This document shows positions 25,439-36,100 of a stretch of 61,840 nt of DNA, piece by piece. The translations under genes were made by a program, and so were the position numbers. The DNA comes from an uncultured Myxococcales bacterium (GTDB taxonomy: Bacteria; Myxococcota_A; Polyangia; Palsa-1104; JAEUJZ01). Under the pieces are notes generated by a model that did no database searches, had not been told where the DNA came from, and worked only from the letters and a program-made list of their open reading frames with translations. The number at the start of each line of letters is the position of its first letter. Within the stretch, counting starts at the first letter, position 1. The stretch spans positions 1 through 61,840 of the forward strand of contig CALMML010000441.1 in NCBI GenBank assembly GCA_937868485.1. Reading direction: 5' to 3'.

Positions 25439-26818
25439 ATGATCTTCGACTTGGAAGAGACGCGCGCCATCCTGCGCATGATCGAGACAGAGCACCTCGA
25501 CATTCGCACCGTGACGCTTGGAATCAGCCTGCGCGGCTGTGCGACGTCGGACATCACCGAGACCAGCCGTCGCGTCTACGAACACATCATGCGCAGCGCC
25601 GAGCGCTTGGTCCCGATCGCCAAAGAAGTGAACGCGACGTACGGCGTGCCGATCGTCAACAAGCGCATCGCGGTGACGCCGATCGCGCTCATCGGTGAGC
25701 CGACGGGAGCATCGAGCTACGTGCCGCTCGCGCAGGCGCTCGATCGCGCCGCTGAGGAGCTGGGCATCGACTACATCGCGGGCTTTTCGGCGCTGTGTGA
25801 AAAAGGAATGACGACGGGCGACTCGGTGCTGCTGGAGTCGATTCCCGAGGCGCTGGCGACGACGGGGCGCGTCTGTAGCTCGATCAACGTGGCGACGACG
25901 CGCGCGGGCATCAACATGGACGCGATCGCGCTGATGGGTCATGTCATTCGCGCGCTCGCGCAGGCGACGGCGGATCGCGGTGGCATCGGCTGCGCCAAGC
26001 TGGTGACGTTTGCGAACATGCCCGAAGACAATCCGTTCGTCGCGGGAGCCAATCACGGCATCGGCGAAGGCGATCTGACGCTGAATGTCGGCGTAAGCGG
26101 TCCCGGCGTGGTGCTGTCGGCGCTGCGTCGGCTGCGAGAGTCGGGAAAGAAGATCAGCCTCACCGACGTGGCCGAGACGATCAAGCGCATGTCGTTCAAG
26201 GTCACGCGCGCCGGAGAGCTGATCGGTCAAGAAGTGGCGCGCAGGCTCGGCGGAAAGGTACGCTTTGGCATCGTCGATCTGTCGCTGGCTCCAACGCCTG
26301 CGATGGGTGACAGCGTCGCGGAAATCCTGGAAATCCTGGGCCTAGAGCGCACCGGCTGTCACGGCACCACGGCGGCGCTGGCGCTGCTGACCGATGCGGT
26401 CAAAAAAGGCGGCGCAATGGCGACCAGCAGCGTCGGTGGTCTATCGGGAGCCTTCATTCCAGTGTCCGAAGATCACGACATGGTCGCAGCGGTCAAGTGT
26501 GGCGCGCTGTCGCTCGACAAGCTGGAAGCGATGACGGCGGTGTGCTCGGTTGGCCTGGACATGGTTGCGGTGCCAGGTGACACGTCGCCAGCGATGCTGT
26601 CCGCGATCATTGCCGACGAGATCTCGATCGGAACGTTTAACAACAAGACCACCGCCGTGCGAATCATTCCGGTGCCGGGCAAAGGTCCGGGTGAGACGGT
26701 GGACTTTGGCGGGCTGCTCGGGCAAGCGATCGTGATGCCGGTGTCCAAGTATCAGCCCGACGGGTTTATCAGCCTGGGCGGACGGATTCCGGCGCCGGTG
26801 ATCTCGCTGCGAAACTAA
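25439..26818 (+). CDS. PFL-family protein (UPF0210/DUF711)
   Basis: [82 protein letters not shown]. Confidence 0.93.
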   Translation: MIFDLEETRAILRMIETEHLDIRTVTLGISLRGCATSDITETSRRVYEHIMRSAERLVPIAKEVNATYGVPIVNKRIAVTPIALIGEPTGASSYVPLAQALDRAAEELGIDYIAGFSALCEKGMTTGDSVLLESIPEALATTGRVCSSINVATTRAGINMDAIALMGHVIRALAQATADRGGIGCAKLVTFANMPEDNPFVAGANHGIGEGDLTLNVGVSGPGVVLSALRRLRESGKKISLTDVAETIKRMSFKVTRAGELIGQEVARRLGGKVRFGIVDLSLAPTPAMGDSVAEILEILGLERTGCHGTTAALALLTDAVKKGGAMATSSVGGLSGAFIPVSEDHDMVAAVKCGALSLDKLEAMTAVCSVGLDMVAVPGDTSPAMLSAIIADEISIGTFNNKTTAVRIIPVPGKGPGETVDFGGLLGQAIVMPVSKYQPDGFISLGGRIPAPVISLRN

Positions 26819-26839
26819 GCGTTCCTTCTGCGGGTGTGG

Positions 26840-29800
26840 CTAGCCCAGACAGAGACACAGCGCGTACCACAGCGGCTGCGTCGCTGACTTGTTGTAGAGC
26901 ACGGTCAGACGACGCAGCGGTCCCGCTGAGCGAATGGAAATGCCAAGCTCTGCGACGGACACTTCGAGCACACTGCGTCCGGTCGTACTTTCCTGACTGG
27001 CATAGCCAATGCGCGCGACGGATGAGCGACGGTGCCCGACATCGAAGTGCCCTTGCTTTTCCGTCGGAAGCAGCGTCAGACAGTCGAGTCGCGTGCTTGG
27101 CTCGCGGACATCGTGATACAGGCTCGGACGATCGCGGCCACGGCCTGGCTCGGTCAGCTCGAGCTGAATCGTCTCACCGCTGAGGAGCAGCGACAGCTCG
27201 GCAGGCAGCGCATCGGGCGGCTCGACGAGAGAAAGCGGCAGCACCGACGGCTGCTGACCCGACAGCAGCGGCAGCGTTCGCAGGCTGATCTCTTCGCCAC
27301 TTGGCAAGCGCTGACGCAGCGTCTCACCCGACGAAGGCAACAGCAGCGCCGACGATCGCGAGGCCACCACATCCATCGGTGGGCCGCTCGGCGAGCTGGT
27401 CAGCAGCGGTGCCAGTTCCTCGGCGGTCAGTCGCTGCGCGGGCTCGGGACGCAGCGCCGCCAGGATCGCATTTTCGATGTGTGGCGGCACGCCTCGCTGC
27501 GGCGGCAAGCGCGGAACGCCCCGTCGAGAACGCAGCGCTTGGGTGAGGATCTGCAGATCGCCGCCGAGCATTTCGTAGGCCAAGGCTCCGACGGAAAACA
27601 CGTCGCTTTTGTGGCTCTGCGGTGCGCCGCCATAACACTCGGGGGCCAGGTACGGATCGAGCAGCAGTGGTCTTTCCATTCCCGGCGGAAACAGCGGCTC
27701 GCCGAGAATCAGCTCGAGACAAAAATCGAGCAGCACCGGCGCGTCGGTCGCAAGACACAGGCCAATGCTCGACGGACGAATCGAGCCGTGGACGAAGCGC
27801 GGATCGCTGCGATGTAGCTCAGTCAGCGACGAAAACAGGCGCTCAACCAGCTTGAGACGCTCGGTGGTCGAGAGCTGTCCGACGGTAGGCAGACGACGTT
27901 CCCACAGCGGCATGACGACGAAGCTGGCACCGCTTCCGTCAGGATCGGTGTCGTCACGGGTCTGCACCGTTCCGCTCGAGAGCATCGGCAGCAAAATTTT
28001 CTGTTCAGCCTGGATCTGGCGCGCGTCCACAAAGGCAGCGAGCTTGGCCTTTCCCGTCGGTGACAAGGGCTGAAGCTTGGGACCACGACCGCACACCGCA
28101 ACCGCGACGTGACCGCCGCGCAGGATGCCCGCATCTCGCGATCGCTTTTCGCCGGGACCGTCGCTGAGCAGCTCGGCCTGAAAGTACAGCTTGGGATACA
28201 GCGCCTCTCGCTTGGGCCCCGAGCCAATGAAGCGCAGCAGTCGATAGCGATCACCCAGGACCAAGCCAGCCAAGCGATGGGGCTCGTCGGCGAGCGGACA
28301 CAACAGAGCCAGGTTGGTGCGTCCTGAGCCTGGACTTCGTCGCGGATCGACGGTCCACAGAGGCACTCCGTCGCTGGAACGAGACGCTTGCTGAAACTCT
28401 CCCGAGCGAATGGCGCGATCCTGTGACTTGGACGTGCTGGGCAGCGCATCGGACGATCGGCCCGAGGCTGGACGCGCGCTGACGGAACCAAACGACTCGT
28501 CGGCGAGCGCTTCTTCATCGACAAACTCTGACGAGCGATCGTCGCGCTTGCGGCCATACAGGGCCTTGGGAACTTCGTGAAGCAGCGACGGGGGAGCCGC
28601 TTGCAGCGCGATCCCGTGCTCTGACAAAAAGCGACCGATCGCCCCGATGCTGGAAAAGCGACCGCCCGCTTCTTCGACAACCTTGTCGAGGTCTTGGCAC
28701 AGCTCGGCAGCGCTGCTGTAGCGATCGCCCAGAGGCCGCGCGAGCGCTTTGTGAACGACCGCTTCCAGCAGCGGCGAGGCCTGCGGACACACCTTGTGGA
28801 GCGGTGTAATCTCGCCGCGCACAATGGCGTAGAACGTCGCTGCTGTGTCATCTCGTGCGAACAGGGGCTGACCGCTACACATCTCGTACAGGACCACACC
28901 CAGGGCAAACACGTCCGAGCGCGCATCGAGCGGCTGAAGCATGATCTGCTCGGGCGACATGTACGCTGGCTTACCTTGTAGACCTTCTTCTTTGCGCAGC
29001 AGGCGGGTGTCGGCGCGCGCGACGCCGAAGTCGATGACCTTGACCAGACCTTCGGGCAAGACCATCAGGTTCGACGGGCTGACATCGCGATGAACGACGT
29101 TGAGCAGCCGTCCGTTGCTGTCGCGAAGCTGGTGCGCGGCATGCAGTCCAGCGCACGACTGAGCGATGATGGCAGCCGCGAGGTCGGGCGGCATCGTCTC
29201 ACCGCGACGGAGAAACTGACCAATCAAGCTGGCGACGGTGACACCGCGTAGGTATTCCATCGCCAAAAAGAGCACGCCGTCTTGCTCACCGACGTCGAAG
29301 ATCTTGACGACGTTGTGGTGGTTGATCTCGGACGCGATGCGCGCTTCGTCGAGAAACATCGAAGAGGCATCGACGATCTCGAACATCTCGGGCTGAATGA
29401 GCTTGAGCGCGACGGGACGAAACAAGCCGCCGAGTCCGGTCTGACGAGCCAAAAAGACCTCGGCCATGCCGCCGCCGCCGAGTCGTCCCGTGAGCAGGTA
29501 GCGACCAAAGGGCAGCGCGGTGCCGACGCCAATCAGACAGCGCGGTGAGGTAGCCGGTGGCCCGAGAGAGACTTCGACGGTGCCAGTCGCAGGAATTGGA
29601 ATCTGATTGATCCGCTGTCCCGTCGACAAGTCGTACATCCCTGCGGTCGACCCTTGATCGGAAAGCAGATAGCTGTCGTCGGTCTGACGGGCAATTACGG
29701 CATGCTGACGAGAGGCAACCGCGTCGGGAATCAGCACATCAGCGGTGGGATGACGACCGATGCGGACTTCATTCGCGTCGAAGAATAGCTGCTGCTCGCC

Positions 29801-29854
29801 GGCCCTTCCGCCGCTGAGGATGCGGACTTCAAGAACCGTCTTCGCCTTGCTCAT
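26840..29854 (-). CDS. FHA + Ser/Thr kinase + pseudokinase protein (1004 aa)
   Basis: FHA (IGRHP..D, SRQHA); kinase 1 with GGGGMAEV, VALK, HRDVSPSN, DFG, YMSPEQ; second kinase fold with HGSIRPSS, DFC, LAPE, SDVFSVG. Confidence 0.92.
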   Translation of the reverse strand: MSKAKTVLEVRILSGGRAGEQQLFFDANEVRIGRHPTADVLIPDAVASRQHAVIARQTDDSYLLSDQGSTAGMYDLSTGQRINQIPIPATGTVEVSLGPPATSPRCLIGVGTALPFGRYLLTGRLGGGGMAEVFLARQTGLGGLFRPVALKLIQPEMFEIVDASSMFLDEARIASEINHHNVVKIFDVGEQDGVLFLAMEYLRGVTVASLIGQFLRRGETMPPDLAAAIIAQSCAGLHAAHQLRDSNGRLLNVVHRDVSPSNLMVLPEGLVKVIDFGVARADTRLLRKEEGLQGKPAYMSPEQIMLQPLDARSDVFALGVVLYEMCSGQPLFARDDTAATFYAIVRGEITPLHKVCPQASPLLEAVVHKALARPLGDRYSSAAELCQDLDKVVEEAGGRFSSIGAIGRFLSEHGIALQAAPPSLLHEVPKALYGRKRDDRSSEFVDEEALADESFGSVSARPASGRSSDALPSTSKSQDRAIRSGEFQQASRSSDGVPLWTVDPRRSPGSGRTNLALLCPLADEPHRLAGLVLGDRYRLLRFIGSGPKREALYPKLYFQAELLSDGPGEKRSRDAGILRGGHVAVAVCGRGPKLQPLSPTGKAKLAAFVDARQIQAEQKILLPMLSSGTVQTRDDTDPDGSGASFVVMPLWERRLPTVGQLSTTERLKLVERLFSSLTELHRSDPRFVHGSIRPSSIGLCLATDAPVLLDFCLELILGEPLFPPGMERPLLLDPYLAPECYGGAPQSHKSDVFSVGALAYEMLGGDLQILTQALRSRRGVPRLPPQRGVPPHIENAILAALRPEPAQRLTAEELAPLLTSSPSGPPMDVVASRSSALLLPSSGETLRQRLPSGEEISLRTLPLLSGQQPSVLPLSLVEPPDALPAELSLLLSGETIQLELTEPGRGRDRPSLYHDVREPSTRLDCLTLLPTEKQGHFDVGHRRSSVARIGYASQESTTGRSVLEVSVAELGISIRSAGPLRRLTVLYNKSATQPLWYALCLCLG

Positions 29855-30125
29855 GACAGGTCATCTCTCGCTTGTGCTTCGACTGAAGGTTGGCCCACAC
29901 GAAACGCTCGGCAGTGTAGGCAAGACCACAGTGCCAGCGCAAGGAATCGGACGTAGCCCAAGCAGCATGCCGCGAGACAGCGCGCAGGAAAAGCGCAAAG
30001 AAGCACCGCCGGTTGCGTCGGTTTTGCGGCAAGTCCTGATGGAAAAAGGACTTTGTGGGCTACGAAAAAAATCCATGGTACGGTAATCGGGCGGCAGTCC
30101 TGACCCTGCCGACAGAGTGTGGTCA

Positions 30126-33100
30126 ATGGCAGAACGAAAAGATCCGCCCGCAACCCAAAGTCCCGACGCTGAGGCGCTGCTTGCTCGCGCCAAGTCCCAG
30201 CGTGGCGTGGAAGCCGCCGAGACGCTACGTCGCGCAGCGGAAAAGTTCCGTGCGCAAGGCGATGTGGAACAAGCGTTTACTTCCTATGAACGAGCGCTGG
30301 CTGAGCTGGCGGATCAGATTGGATCTCCGCCGGCAGCCAAGCTGGGTGCGTCGCTGGAGTTCGAGCTGGGCAAGCTGTGCGAAGAAGACTTGGGCCGGTT
30401 TGAGCAAGCGCTGCTGCACTATCAGCAGGCGTTCAAGCTGCGACCCGACTTCATGGAGCCGCTGCGTCGCGGGCGCGTCATCTATCAGTCGCTCGGCGAC
30501 ATGGACATGGTGGCGCGGCTGATTGAGCTGCATCTGGCGAATCTCGTCGCGGGGGAAGCCCAGCAAGGCGTGGAGCTGGCGCTGGAGCTTGGGCACCTGA
30601 AGCTGCGACTGCATGATCCGGCGGGAGCCGTCGATGTGCTGCGTAGCGCGCTGCGGATGCACAACGAGCTGAGCGAAGACACGGAAGTTCCCGAGCAGCT
30701 CCTATCGACGCTGGCTGAGTCGTATATGTCGCCCGACTATCAGCCGGGCATCAGCGAAAAAGAGCAGGCTCGTCGCAACGCGAGTGACATCTTTTTGGGC
30801 TTGGCGAAGCGGCATCTCGACGAAGAGCTGCTGCAAATCCTGGAAAAGCTGCGGCAAGCGGAAGAAGAAGAGGGAAATTCTTCGCCGCTGTCCGTCGAAA
30901 ACTTGCTCAAGAGCAAGGACAAGCCGCTCGCGGAGCAAGACAAGCTGGCGCTGGGCTTTTTGAAGCGGGCGCTGGAAGCGGACATTCGCAATGTGACGGC
31001 GGCGGTGCTGGTCGAAGCGCTGTATCTGCGGACGCCAGCAGCGACGGGACTTCCTGAGCTGATCAAGCTGTATCGCAGCGGTGCGCGGGTGACTCGTCGG
31101 GGTCCGAAGCTGCTGAAGCTGTACGAACAGACGGGAAGTCCAGACTATCAAGCGGTGGCGGATGCGTGCCGAGCGGGTCTCGACGCGGTCAGCTCGATGG
31201 ATGAGTGGCACGAGACGCGGCAAGTGCTGGTCGATGTGCTGAAAAAAGCGAGCGATCAGCTGGGACTCGGTCAGCTTCGGGAAGAAGACGCGCTGGAAGC
31301 GGCGCTGCCCGAGGAGCGCGCCGAGCTGATGATGGAAGCCGCCGACTATTACAACCGAGGCGGTGACACCGAGCGATATATCGCGTGCCTCAAGCAAGCG
31401 TTTCACGAGCTGCCGCTGCACAGCGAAGCGTTTCGGAAGCTGTCGGACTACTACAAGAGCCGTCGCGACTTCATCGGGCTGGCGGTGATTCAAGAAAACC
31501 GCATGGCGGCGCAGTTTGAGACGGCGCGGCTCGATCTGCAAAGCTATGCCAAGCAGCTCGAAGACCTGGGTGAGCTGTACGAAAAGAAGCTGCAAGACGT
31601 GGTGTCGGCGGCGGCGATTTGGCGACGGATTGATGAGCTACTTCCGTCGCTGCGTTCGCAGAGTGAGCGCAAGCGTCTCGGGCAGCGTCTGACGCGAACG
31701 GAGATGCAGATCAACGAGCTGATCGTCGAGCTGGAGCGAATGGAGCCCGACGATGTAACGCGCGTGGAATATCTGCGACGGCTGGCGCAGCTGTATCGAG
31801 AGATCCACGAGCCGAAGCATGCAGCGACGGTGCTCGATCAGCTGTTGCAGCTTGCGCCGGGTGACTTGCCGTCGATCAAAGTGCTGATCGAGCTGGCCGA
31901 GCAGAGCGGTGACACGTCGCAGCAGCTAGAGCTTTTGCGACAGCAAGCGGGTCTGGCGAGTGACAAAGCCGAGCGACTGGGCATCTTGCGACGGATGATG
32001 ACGCTGTGCGATCAGCGACTTCTGCGACGGGATGAGCAGTTCGACGGGCAAGACAGCATCGAGATGATGGTGTGGGTGTGTCGCAGCCTGCTCACGGAGC
32101 TGCCGTCGGATCGTGACGCGCTCAAGCGGCTGGCGGATGCGCTTCAGCTCGTCGGAAGCAAGAACGAGCTGCTCGAAGTGCTGGAGTCGTATCTGCGGGT
32201 TGCGCCGACGCCGCGCGAGAAGCTGACGCTGCATCGTCGGATTGCCAAGATCGCGGAAGACTGTGGGGATCTGACGCGATCGGTGTCACACCTGGAACGC
32301 GCGGTGCGCATCTGTCCGCCCGGTCCCGAGGCGGAAGAAGTGCTGTGCGAGCTGGCGCGGGTCTATGGCGCGCAAGGTCGGCTGGAGCTGGCGGTTTCGA
32401 CGCTGGATCTGGTGCAAAAGCAGAGCAGTCGGAGCGGTCCCGAGATTCATCGGCTGCTCGGACGGCTGACGCTGCAAGCGGATGATCCGCAGCTTCTCGA
32501 CAAGAGCTTGCGGGCGTTTCGGGAAGTGCTGGCGCGTCTGCCGCAAGACGGGGAAGCGCTGGCGGCGCTGCAAAAGATTCATCGGACGCGCGGCGAGTGG
32601 AAAGAGCTGGAGCAGGTTCTCCGCAAGCAGCTCGAGCCGATGGAGCCGCCGCTGCCACCGAGAGAGCGTCTGTCGTTGGCGCTCGATCTGGCGGAAGTGC
32701 TCGGGCAGCACATGGAAAATCCGCGTCAGGCGGCAGCGCTGCTGGAAAAAGTGCAGGCCGAGACGCCGATCGTCGATCTGCGGGTTCACCGTCACTTGCG
32801 CGGTCTGTACGAAGAGCTGGGCGACGTGCGTGCGGCGGTGTCGTGTGAAGAACGCGAGCTGCTGCTGACGGAAGATCCGGTGGCTCGGATCGAGCGAGCG
32901 ATTGAGATTGCTCGTCTGTGGCAGTCGCGCGGAAAAGACGCGGGTCGCGCCTATCTGTCGTATGAGCGTGCGGTGCGGATGGCGCCAGAGCTTCCACCGG
33001 ACAGCGTCGAAAGAGCGGCGGTTCGTCGTCTGATCACGCAGGCGCTGGAAGCGATGAGCCAGATGTCGGCGCAGCGCGGACGCTGGGACGACGTGGTGGG

Positions 33101-36100
33101 AATTGGTCAGCAGCGACTGAACATCGCGGTCGAGCAAGATGAAGCGATGCAGGCTGCGGCAATCCTCGTCGAGATGGCGCAGGTGTACGAAGAAAAGCTG
33201 GGTCAGCCGATCGACGGGTTCGCGCTGCGGATTCAAGCGTTCGAGCTGGCACCGGACCTGATGTCGATCGATCAGCTCGCGGGCATTGCGGAAAAATACG
33301 GTCAGTGGAAGCCGCTGGCGGATCTGCACGTTCAGCGCGTCGAGCGAGCGCTGGCCGCGAAGATCGATGTTCCGCTGGACTCGGCGCTGGCTGCGTCGAC
33401 GACGTTGGAGCAAAAGCTCGCCGATCCGATTCAAGCGTTCCGTCTGCTGAAAAAATCGCTGCCGATTACGGTCAGCGCAGCGATGGCAGCGACGGACAAG
33501 CGCAGTCCACAAGGACGTCTTCTGTCGGAAATGGATCGGGTGGTGCGATCGCTGCACAAAAAAGGCGGCGAGCAGAGCAGCGAGCTGGCGCTGGAGTCGG
33601 TGTCGCTGGCCCGAGAGCTGGCGCACGTCTATCACGCGCTCGTCGATGAGCTGGTGCGAATGACCGACGCTGGCATCGAAGAAACGTCGCTGCGCATTCA
33701 CAAGCTGCTCGGGGAATCGGCCAAAGTTCGCGAGCAAGTGCTGTTCGATCCGGCGGGTGCGCTGGGGGAACGACTTCACGCATTTACCGTCGGTGGCGAG
33801 CGCGATCACAGCGAAGACTTGGTGGCCGACGAGGTGTTTGCCGAGACGATCGCAGAGATTCATCGTCTGGCGCTGCTGAGCGGTCAGATCAAAGAAGCGG
33901 TTGCCGTCGATATGCGTCGGCAAGATCGGGCGCAGAGCGATCAGCGTCGACAGCAAGTTGCGTGCGAGAGCGCGGGCTGGCTCGATGATCATGGCAACGA
34001 TCCGCAGCGAGCGCTCAAGGCCTGCATCAAAGCGCTGGGTCTGTGTAGCGAAGGCAGCGACGCGCAAGCCGAGATGCGTGGTCGTCTGTTCCGCATCGGT
34101 CAGAAGCTCGGGCTGCTCGCGTGGGACGAAGTGGTGCGCGCCGAGCGAGCGCTGGTGGCGAGTCAGCCGAAGCTGCTCCGTCAGAAGATGCTGTATCTTG
34201 CGTCGCTGTGGCAGCAAGGTGCGTCGGACTCGGTGCGCGCAGTCGATGCGGCGGGTCAAGCGCTGCGAATGACGTATTTCCCGGCGGGCGTTCCGACGAG
34301 CAGCAAGTCGGCGCAGCCGCTGTCAGAGCTTCTTACGCCGCAGCTTACGCCGGAGCTTGTCGCTGAGCAGCAGCACATTCGCAGCGTCATCGACGCAATC
34401 TTGCGCGCGGCACAAGGCGAAGCAGAGCCAGCGGCGAAGCTGGTGACGGTGCTCGACAACCTGGCCAATCAGCTGACGGAAGCGGGCGCACCGCAGTGGG
34501 CGGCCAAGGTGCTGATCGACGCTGCGCAGGCGGACGAAAAGCGCGGACGCTTCGGTCAGGCCGAGCGACGGTATCAAGAAGCGCTCAAGCAGAGCGATGT
34601 CGCCGACGAAGCGATGTCGGGTCTGGAGCGTGTGTATCGACAACAGCGACGGCTGGCGGATCTGGCGACGCTGCTCGAAAAGCGACGGGCGCTGCTCAGT
34701 GACTCGGCGCTGCTCAAGCTGCTCATCGAGCTTGCCGAGGTCTATCGCGAGATCAACAAGCATCAGCTGGCCTTGAACGCGCTTCAGCAAGCGGTGGCAA
34801 TCGATGACAGCGACGCGGGACCGCACCTGTCGATGGCCAAGCTGTTCGAGGCGCAGAAGTCGTTTACGCGTGCGATTGAGTCGTATCGCAGCGGTGCGCA
34901 GCGCTCGCAGTCGGCGGTGGATTCGGCCAAAGCGCTGCTCGTGGCGGCGGATCTGCTGGAACGCAAGCTCAATGAGTCCGACGAAGCGCTGACGCTGTCG
35001 CTGCAAGCACTGCGCAAGACGCTGGCGGCGCAAGGTCAGCGTCTGCAAAGCGGAGAGACGATTCCCGTCGGAGATCCGCTGCGTGAACAGCGTGATGCGG
35101 CGTGGAATACCGTCGAGCGACTGCTCGGCAAGCTACAGCGTCAAGAAGAGATGGACGGGCTTGTGACGGAGCGACTGGCGGTGACAACCAGCGCGCTGTC
35201 CGACGAAAAAGAAGCGCTGCTGCGCCGTCAGTACGAGCTGATCAAGCAGAAGCTGCAAGCCCCGAGTGAATCGACGCCACGCGACGGGGAAGATCCGCAG
35301 TCACCATCGACGGCGCTGCGCGACAAGCTGCTGGGACTTCTCGAGGAACTCAGTCAGCTTCGACCCAGCGACGACGCACTGCTCGCGGAACAGCAAGCGC
35401 TGCTGCTCGGCAAAAATGAGCAAGCGAAGGCGCGCACCGTCGCAGCAAAGCGGCTTGCGCTGCTGGAAAAGACCGACGCGGACGCGACAAAGCGCAACGA
35501 TCTAACGCTGCAAGTGGCTCGGCTGGATCTGGAGCTGGGACGATTTGCCGAGGCCGAAGCGGCGCTTGAGCGAATCCTTCATCAGACGCCAGGCTCGGCG
35601 GAAGCGATCAAAGCGCTGGTGGATCTGCATCAGCGAAGTGGCAATCACACCGGACTGGTCGCGGCACTTCAGCGTCTGTCGTCGCAGCAAAACGATCTGG
35701 AAGCAGCGGTGGCGGCGCTTCGTCAAGCGGCGCAGATTACGCTCGCGGCGCAAGAAGACACCGAGGGTGCGAAGCGACTGCTGCGTGATGCACTGACGCG
35801 GGTGGATGCAGCTCCGACGGTGACTCCGGCGCAAAAAGCGCTGGTTCGACGGGCGCTCGGGCAGGTGCTGGTGTCGCTGTTTGAGCTGGCGCAGCGGGAA
35901 GGCAACGTCGACGAAGCACAAGCGCTGGCACAGCGAGCGATTCACGAGGCGGATCTCGTCGGGAGTCGAGCCGCCGATCTGCAAGTTCACCTGGGACACA
36001 AGGCGCTGTCGGAAGGAAAGACCGACGAGGCGATTCGCTTCTACGACGCAGCACTGGCGGCTTCACCGGGACTTCTGGAACCAACGCTGTCGCTGCTCGA

